Assembly: GCF_011745625.1 (NCBI RefSeq)
Contig: NW_027191456.1
Coordinates: 372,001 to 436,000 of the forward strand
Direction of reading: 5' to 3'
Length of the DNA stretch: 64,000 nt
Source of the DNA: Cladosporium halotolerans
Taxonomy: Eukaryota
Shown here: positions 57,840 through 64,000 of the stretch, one piece after another
How the letters are laid out: the number at the start of each line of letters is the position of its first letter
Numbering within the stretch: position 1 is the first letter of the stretch
Made by a program: the position numbers and the translations under genes
The notes under the pieces: generated by a model
Told to the model about the DNA's origin: nothing
Seen by the model: the letters and a program-made list of their open reading frames with translations, nothing else
Databases searched by the model: none

Positions 57840-58769
57840 ATGGCCGAGCGCGAAGATTCCATGGCGAGCCTGCAGGAGCTCGAACCCTCGCCCGTGGACG
57901 AAACACCGTCTACCTACAACGAAGACAACAAGGGCTACTTCCCCGATAAATCCTCCGGTACCTCCTCACCAAAGAGCACAAACAGCCTCGGACTCTCCCA
58001 GCACTCGCCGGCCTGGTACCTCACGCGCATCCAGCGCTACTCGTCTTACGCCTTCTCCGCCTTCGCCGTCGCCCACATCGCCAACACCTCGCTCATCCCG
58101 CTCGCGACCGGCAGCGTACAGGCCAGCGAGGGCTCCCTCCTGCTCACGCGACCCTACTACCAAAGCTGGCCGATCGCCGAGCCATTCCTGATCATCCTGC
58201 CGCTCGCGGCGCACATCAGCAGTGGCCTGGCGCTGCGGCTGTACAGGCGCAATGTGAACGCTCGGCGGTACGGCGCCGAGACGCGCTCGGAGAAGAAGCA
58301 GTACAGGGATAAGCTGTGGCCGGCGGTCTCGGGGATCAGCAAGCTGGGTTTCGCAGCGATGCCGCTGCTGGCGGGCCACGTGTTCGTTAACCGCGCGGTG
58401 CCGCTCGATTTCCCTGGCGGGTCGACGAACATCGGCCTCAGCTACGTGAGCCATGCGTTCGCAAAGCACCCCGTTGTCTCGTTTGCGGGCTTCGCGGCGC
58501 TGATCAGCGTCACTGTTTTCCACACGACTTGGGGCTGGGCGAAGTGGCTTGGCTTCACGCCTGATCAGTCGACGGCGGTGGGGTACGAGAGGCAGATGGC
58601 GAAGAAACGGAGATGGTACGTGATCAATGCTGTCGCGGCTGCGACTACGGCGCTTTGGATGGCTGGTGGGTTTGGCATCGTAGGCAGAGGCGGCGAGGCA
58701 GGCGGATGGGTGGGTCGCATGTACGATGAGATGTACCAGAGCATCCCGTTTGTTGGCAAGTGGATGTAG
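57840..58769 (+). CDS. MCP1: Mitochondrial adapter Mcp1 (Mdm10-complementing, DUF1691) family
   Basis: LTRIQRYSSY.F..F...H..NTS.IPL, LLLTRPYYQS, H...NR..PL, GL.YV.H.FA, H...GWAKW. Confidence 0.8.
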   Translation: MAEREDSMASLQELEPSPVDETPSTYNEDNKGYFPDKSSGTSSPKSTNSLGLSQHSPAWYLTRIQRYSSYAFSAFAVAHIANTSLIPLATGSVQASEGSLLLTRPYYQSWPIAEPFLIILPLAAHISSGLALRLYRRNVNARRYGAETRSEKKQYRDKLWPAVSGISKLGFAAMPLLAGHVFVNRAVPLDFPGGSTNIGLSYVSHAFAKHPVVSFAGFAALISVTVFHTTWGWAKWLGFTPDQSTAVGYERQMAKKRRWYVINAVAAATTALWMAGGFGIVGRGGEAGGWVGRMYDEMYQSIPFVGKWM

Positions 58770-59008
58770 AAGGCTGCATACTGCTGTTTTTGTTAGATAC
58801 CCATCTCGATTATACAGCCTTGAAAATAGAACGCAAGAACGGAGATTTGGTTCGGCTCGCACAAATCATCACGAGAAGTCGATCGAGAAATCGATTCCAG
58901 ATATCACCTCTGGCTTTAGATGCCTTTAAATCAAACACTCAGATGCATTTCAAGGGTATCATAGCACACAAACATCATGATCATCATCCAAGCAAAAAGT
59001 CACTCACT

Positions 59009-60772
59009 TCAAACCGTCTCCTGCCTCGCAATCGGCCTCCTCTTCTTCTTCCGACTTCTGGAACTCAAGGCAGTCATCACCCTCGTCAAAGTACCATCCC
59101 GATCACCACCACCCTCTTCGTTCTCCCTCAGCCTCGCCTCATCCTCCGCCTCTCCAACCTTCCCCTTCCACCCACCCTCATCGCGATCCTCCTGCTTCTG
59201 TGGCCACAGAATATCCTTCACCAGCACCGCGCGAATCATGCACACAAACACCGTAAGCCAAATGCAAACCAGAATGCATGTCATAACACAACCCAGCACG
59301 CGAATCGCATGACTATCCAACGCCTCCGCGACCGCGAACGTCGCCGTGCACAGCGCCGTGTTGGGAAACACGTACGAGTACCAAGTCATAGCGAAGCGCC
59401 AGCGGTTGTGCTTGACGGTGGACCAGTGCGCGAAAACCGAGACGAGGAAGAACCACAGTGCGAGGCCCCAGAGCCACAGCCCGACCCAGTTGGCGAGGAT
59501 CATGCTGACGCGGCCGGCGAGTTCGCCGTCGCCCATGAAGTGCTTTGGTACGACGTTCGGCAGGTGCTGGCCCATGTTGACGATGCCGGAGATCGTGAAG
59601 CCCGAGGGCCCGACAGAGATGAACATGCCGGGTCGGAGGCTCTCTTGCGGGAGCTTTTGGGTCATGAGGCGGTAGATGAAGGCGGCGTAGATCATGAGCG
59701 AGACCATGAAGCCGATGCCTTGGAAGATGACGCCGCCCACGATGACTTGCAGGGCTTCTTTGGGTGGTAGTTTGGGGGCGAGGACGCCAGCATGAGGGCC
59801 GATGACGAGCAGTGGGTAGGCTGGGAAGATCCAGACGGGCGTCATCTGGGAGATTGTGAAGGTCTGGGTTGACCATCTGAAGGATTGTCAGTTGGACGCT
59901 CGAAGAATGTGGTAGCTTTGAGAACCTACATCGTGAGATAAATGCCACAGCTGAAGAATACCGCAAGGCCACAATAGACCCAGAACAAGACGCTCATCGT
60001 CTCACGCAGCCATGGTCCAGCCTGAGGATTGTCGGTCCCGTACTCGGTCACATTGATCAAGATGGTGCCAAGACTGATCAGCCATGCTGGAATGAATAGG
60101 CTTTCGGTAGGGTGGAGGATCGACGACAGGAAGGTTGACGGGTGGAATTTGAATCTCAGGGAAATGGCGATCACATTGATCAGGAAAAGGGCAATGTTGA
60201 ACAGGAAGAAGATGCAGCCAATGGTGTAGCGCCCGCGAAAGTCCCAGGGCACTGTAAGGGAGGTCAGAATCAGTGTTGCTTGCGGACCAAGCAAAAATGG
60301 GTCGAAACTCACAGCTGTAGATCACGTTCGCAATTCCTCCAGTAGCCATCTGCCACATGATCAGTTAAGCTCACGTTGATCGATTTCACCGCCCCTTCCA
60401 CGAACCGTCATGGTAAACCACGTCCAAGTGAAATGCTTAATTCTCTGCTTGAAGTGCATGTGGTAGTGACGGTGGCCCTTCTCCGTTGCAGGCAGAGGCA
60501 TGGGAACCGTGTTGTCCTCATGCTGCGTGACGCCATCAGGAACGGTTTCCTCCTGAGATATTTGCTGTGAGGCACTGCCAGCACTCAAAGGGTGTGGAGG
60601 CTGCGGTGGGAAGTAACCCAGCTGCGGTCTATTTTCGCGTGACCATTGATCGCGAATGGGAGGTGTAAAGGGTGGCCCTGAATGATGATATCAGCCCCGT
60701 GGGAGCAGTGTCGTAGAACCGCAGCACATCCAACTCACCGTCATCCCTGTGAGCGAATGGATTGGCCATCAT
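59009..60772 (-). CDS. SLAC1/TDT family C4-dicarboxylate (malic acid) transporter, Mae1-like
   Basis: RIKHFTWTWFTMTMATGGIAN, HPTESLF, MTPVWIFPAYP, RPGMFISVGPSGFT, SYVFPN; four introns. Start at 60772 or 60769. Confidence 0.9.
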
Positions 60773-61665
60773 TTCGCCGCGATTGTGAACCGAGTCCAGT
60801 CAAGTCTCGTCCGGTGTGCCAATGCGACCTTCTCTCCCCTCGGCGTCCATGAAAGCGTCGACTGCGGGCCAGCAACTAGGAAGATCTGGTAACACCTGGA
60901 CGAGAGAAGCAGGAGAGGACGCCCTCGAACACCTCGGGTCTCTCAGTGTGGGGGAAGCACAGAGGGTGTTGCGTGTGTATGTGCCCGCGGGCTCTGGACA
61001 AAGTCGGATCACGGCAACAGCTCGCAGGGACGAGCATACAACGAACGGCTACTGCGGCGCGGCATTGCGTGCACTGGTCTGAAGCGCCTAGCTGTCACTA
61101 TTATCAGTCGGGCTCCTGCCGCCAAACCCGGGTGTCGTGTGCCGCCCGACCGCTAGAGATGCTGCCACCGCGCGACAACACGCCGGGCGTGGGCGGAAAA
61201 GCTTCGCCAGGCTCGATGGTGGGCGCCACTGGCTGATCTTAAGGGTTTCGGCCCACATCGCGGTCGGAAGTCGGGTGTTTGGCATCTCTAGCGCAGCAAT
61301 GCCCGGCCGACTCAGCCATCTCGTCATATCGGCCGTGTTATCCCACCTGTAGCGACACTTGCTTGAGCTGCAGCTTGTAGCTGCTATACGCGACGACTTC
61401 CAGAAAGAGACGCGTGCATCGATAAGCTAGTTACCTAGACTACAAACACAATCAATCGATCGAAACGAAAGGATCCGACAAACCGCACCCAGAGCCGCAG
61501 ACGCCTTCGCTATGCCACCTTGAATCATACACACGGCCCATCCAGCAAAACCCGCAGCCAGCCGAAACTCCAAAAAAACATCTCCCACGAACCCACTCCC
61601 TGCCAACGTCTCTCCACGCCCCCGTTTGTCCGTAAACTTCGCCGCGTTCCGTCCCCTCCATCCGA

Positions 61666-64000
61666 TCACCAGAAACTGCACCAGCCGATGTAGTGCTGGC
61701 ACAGGTTCTCCAGATTCGTCGCCTCGCTGAGCAGCTTCTCCACCTGCTCCTCTACCGGCAGCTCTTTGTCCTTCTTGAAATCGCGACCCGTCAGCTTCTC
61801 CTTCACGCGGCTCAGCACCTGCAGCGCGCGCGCGTTCTGCACCTCCTTCTGCTCCGGGTCCTGGTTGCCGTTGACGTGCGCGACACTCGTGCGGTTGCGT
61901 GGACGCCATGAGCTGCCCGGCCGCTCGGAGGACTCGTTGGGGTCTCCGCCCATAACGGATGGCCGGCGGCCTTCGGTGGGACCGGTATGCGTGACGCCAC
62001 CCATAATAGAGGCGCGGCGGTCGGAGGGGAAGGATGGCTCGGGCGGCGACTCGCGCGTGTTGAGGCGCCAGGTGAGGAGGGGGTCGTGGACGAAAGCCTC
62101 GAGGACGGCCATGAGAGACTCCTTGTTCGCGCGCAAGAGACGCATGACGTGCTCGCATGTTGTCCTGAAGCTGCCTTCGATGTTGCTAACCTCCATGGCG
62201 AATGTGAGCATTCTTGTAAGACGGAAGGGCACCCTCTCCGGGTACTTCTCGCGATGCATGGCCACTTCGAAACAGTCGCCGAAATCGATGTGCACGATCT
62301 TGCCGGTGACGCGGTCCAGCATGAGGTTGGAAGGATGTCTGTCGCCCAGTCCGAGGATGTATCCGACCATAGACATGACTGCCAACGAGCGCGTGTAATT
62401 AGTACGTCTGTCAAGCCAGGCTTCAGAACTCTTGCTCTTTAGCCAGAGCACACGGTATAAGTCCTGGCCTGTAGTGTTGTCCAGAGCATAGCCGAACACT
62501 TCGACCTTCTGCATTAGCGTGAGATTATCGTAGTCGGGCGCCATCTGCAGCATGATTCTGTGTTCGATATTGAGCAAGATCTTGCGGCTCTCACGGTACT
62601 CGCGAATAAGCACGTGAAGGGTATCACTGTTCGGCACCCAGCCAAGCAGACCGGACGATGTCGATAGCGGCACTGCAGCGTAGCGCTGGATGTTGAGATG
62701 ACGTTTGAGACACTCCGGTTCTGTTGCAAGCAGAGTGTTCACCAGACCGAACAGCTGCATGACACGCTCGTCTTGACGAATGTCTTCGTGTCCCTTTAGA
62801 ACGAAGTCGTATGAATTGCCGTCGCTGCCCAGCATTGAGAGCTTGCGAGGACGCTGCTTCGACGAAATGACCGATGCGAGGGGGCTGAAAGACTTGATGC
62901 TGATGATTGACTTGCCGCTCTGATAGGTACCGGGCACAGCAAGATCAAGGTCGTGGGCATTCTTGAGTTCAGGCGACACGTATTGGAGCTCGAGGCTCAT
63001 GAGCTGCGGCAGTTGCCTAGCGATACGCTTGAAAACGCCGTAGTAAAGATCCCAAGCCTCACCAAAAGAGTCAGTGTCATCACCGCGTTGCACATAATCG
63101 TTTGCTATTCTCACCTGGTTGAGGTCACCGATCTCACGCGTCGTCTTGTACGCTTCACACCAGTCCTTCGCCTCCGCCAAATCCCTTCCAAAGCTCTGTA
63201 TGAAGCTGATCTCACGCAGAGTCTCTGGGCCGTTGCGGAGCATTTCGTGCAAAGGCTCCAACGTCGCCAACATGCCTTCAATATTGTGGTCTCCGAAGTA
63301 CAGGCGAGACGCCTCCTCAAGACCCTCGTGCCATTGTTCGTGCCACAACACTGCAATGCGGATGAGTTCTTGACTAACCAGACCTGCCTGCTCGACCAGA
63401 TTCGGACTGTGCTGGCGCATTGCCTCCATGATTCTTGCAGCGGAGCGTGATCGAGTGCCCAGATCCGACTTCATTGATACAGTGAGCGGGTAGACAAGGG
63501 CCTGAGGATGCGCGCGACCGACGTCAACAAGGAGATTGTGAATTGCCTCGCGCACCAATCTGTTCGGCTGGTTGATGCGCGCGATAAGCTGAGGCATGAC
63601 TTCGAGCCACGTGTCTACGCTGACCGAGGAAATGCCTTGCTGCACATTGTGTGTGACTTCCTGGTGCGCTCCGTGAGCGAACCACAATGTGAGCAGTCTC
63701 AAGGTGTCTTGCAGGGAGCTCATGGAGGATAGAGCGATTGACTTGAAGAAACCCTTGATTGCCGGCACGACGTGATCAGCGACAATGAAGTTCGGAACGT
63801 CAGTGGCTTGATTCGAGGTGAGAGCAGTGACGACTTCGAAGTTGGCAAGTGCCCATGAGTGCCAGGCCTTGTACCACTCTTGGTTGTACTGTGTCGCCTG
63901 ATAGTATGAGGTCAGGACGTCTTGCACGTGGTCTGCCTGCCAATCGCTATCGTGCAGCTTTGTCTGCCAGTCACCCTGTTTGAGATAGCAGCGAGCGAGC
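61666..64000 (-). CDS. TOR: TOR serine/threonine kinase, 3' portion (end of FAT, FRB, kinase, FATC); 5' part outside the window
   Basis: [32 protein letters not shown] (FRB), [44 protein letters not shown]; intron 63058-63114. Confidence 0.97.
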   Translation of the reverse strand, partial: LARCYLKQGDWQTKLHDSDWQADHVQDVLTSYYQATQYNQEWYKAWHSWALANFEVVTALTSNQATDVPNFIVADHVVPAIKGFFKSIALSSMSSLQDTLRLLTLWFAHGAHQEVTHNVQQGISSVSVDTWLEVMPQLIARINQPNRLVREAIHNLLVDVGRAHPQALVYPLTVSMKSDLGTRSRSAARIMEAMRQHSPNLVEQAGLVSQELIRIAVLWHEQWHEGLEEASRLYFGDHNIEGMLATLEPLHEMLRNGPETLREISFIQSFGRDLAEAKDWCEAYKTTREIGDLNQVRIANDYVQRGDDTDSFGEAWDLYYGVFKRIARQLPQLMSLELQYVSPELKNAHDLDLAVPGTYQSGKSIISIKSFSPLASVISSKQRPRKLSMLGSDGNSYDFVLKGHEDIRQDERVMQLFGLVNTLLATEPECLKRHLNIQRYAAVPLSTSSGLLGWVPNSDTLHVLIREYRESRKILLNIEHRIMLQMAPDYDNLTLMQKVEVFGYALDNTTGQDLYRVLWLKSKSSEAWLDRRTNYTRSLAVMSMVGYILGLGDRHPSNLMLDRVTGKIVHIDFGDCFEVAMHREKYPERVPFRLTRMLTFAMEVSNIEGSFRTTCEHVMRLLRANKESLMAVLEAFVHDPLLTWRLNTRESPPEPSFPSDRRASIMGGVTHTGPTEGRRPSVMGGDPNESSERPGSSWRPRNRTSVAHVNGNQDPEQKEVQNARALQVLSRVKEKLTGRDFKKDKELPVEEQVEKLLSEATNLENLCQHYIGWCSFW

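Noticed and set aside
1..64000. Transposons, RIP-degraded AT-rich blocks, rRNA/tRNA genes, TPP riboswitch, CRISPR arrays
   Set aside because: No transposase or RT motifs, terminal repeats, AT-rich tracts or recognisable structural-RNA signatures were seen by eye. Small ncRNAs cannot be excluded without covariance-model searches.

Overview
Gene-dense eukaryotic DNA from a filamentous ascomycete (Pezizomycotina; Dothideomycetes is a guess from sequence style). Introns are short GT-AG type (mostly ~50-70 nt) with CTRAC branch points. About 32 protein-coding genes are supportable. The left half is accessory-like: GH43, a convergent P450 + A-T-R NRPS-like pair, a small Cys-containing secreted-type protein ending in RDEL, a CFEM membrane protein, a GPI protein, two MFS transporters, a 25-aa metallothionein and an AA16 LPMO. 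These are interleaved with core genes (BMT6-like, SIN cdc14, SPE3, CCDC174-like, NHP6). The right half is a housekeeping/cell-cycle block: DUO1, a Rum1/Sic1-like CDK inhibitor candidate, TTL, RNH202, MCM10, NTE1, PAF1, a C2H2 finger gene, MCP1, a Mae1-type transporter and the 3' part of TOR. No tRNA, rRNA, transposon or CRISPR feature could be supported. Best leads: (1) a metallothionein whose stop codon is formed only by splicing, with a repeated palindromic promoter motif; (2) an in-frame, stop-free intron with a weak GAG acceptor in the rapamycin-binding FRB helix of TOR; (3) the Rum1-like protein; (4) the P450/A-T-R mini-cluster with a non-canonical P450 I-helix; (5) a 1-nt frameshift separating a signal peptide from the CFEM ORF; (6) a tandem splice donor at the SPE3 active-site motif. 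All family assignments are from recalled motifs, not database searches.
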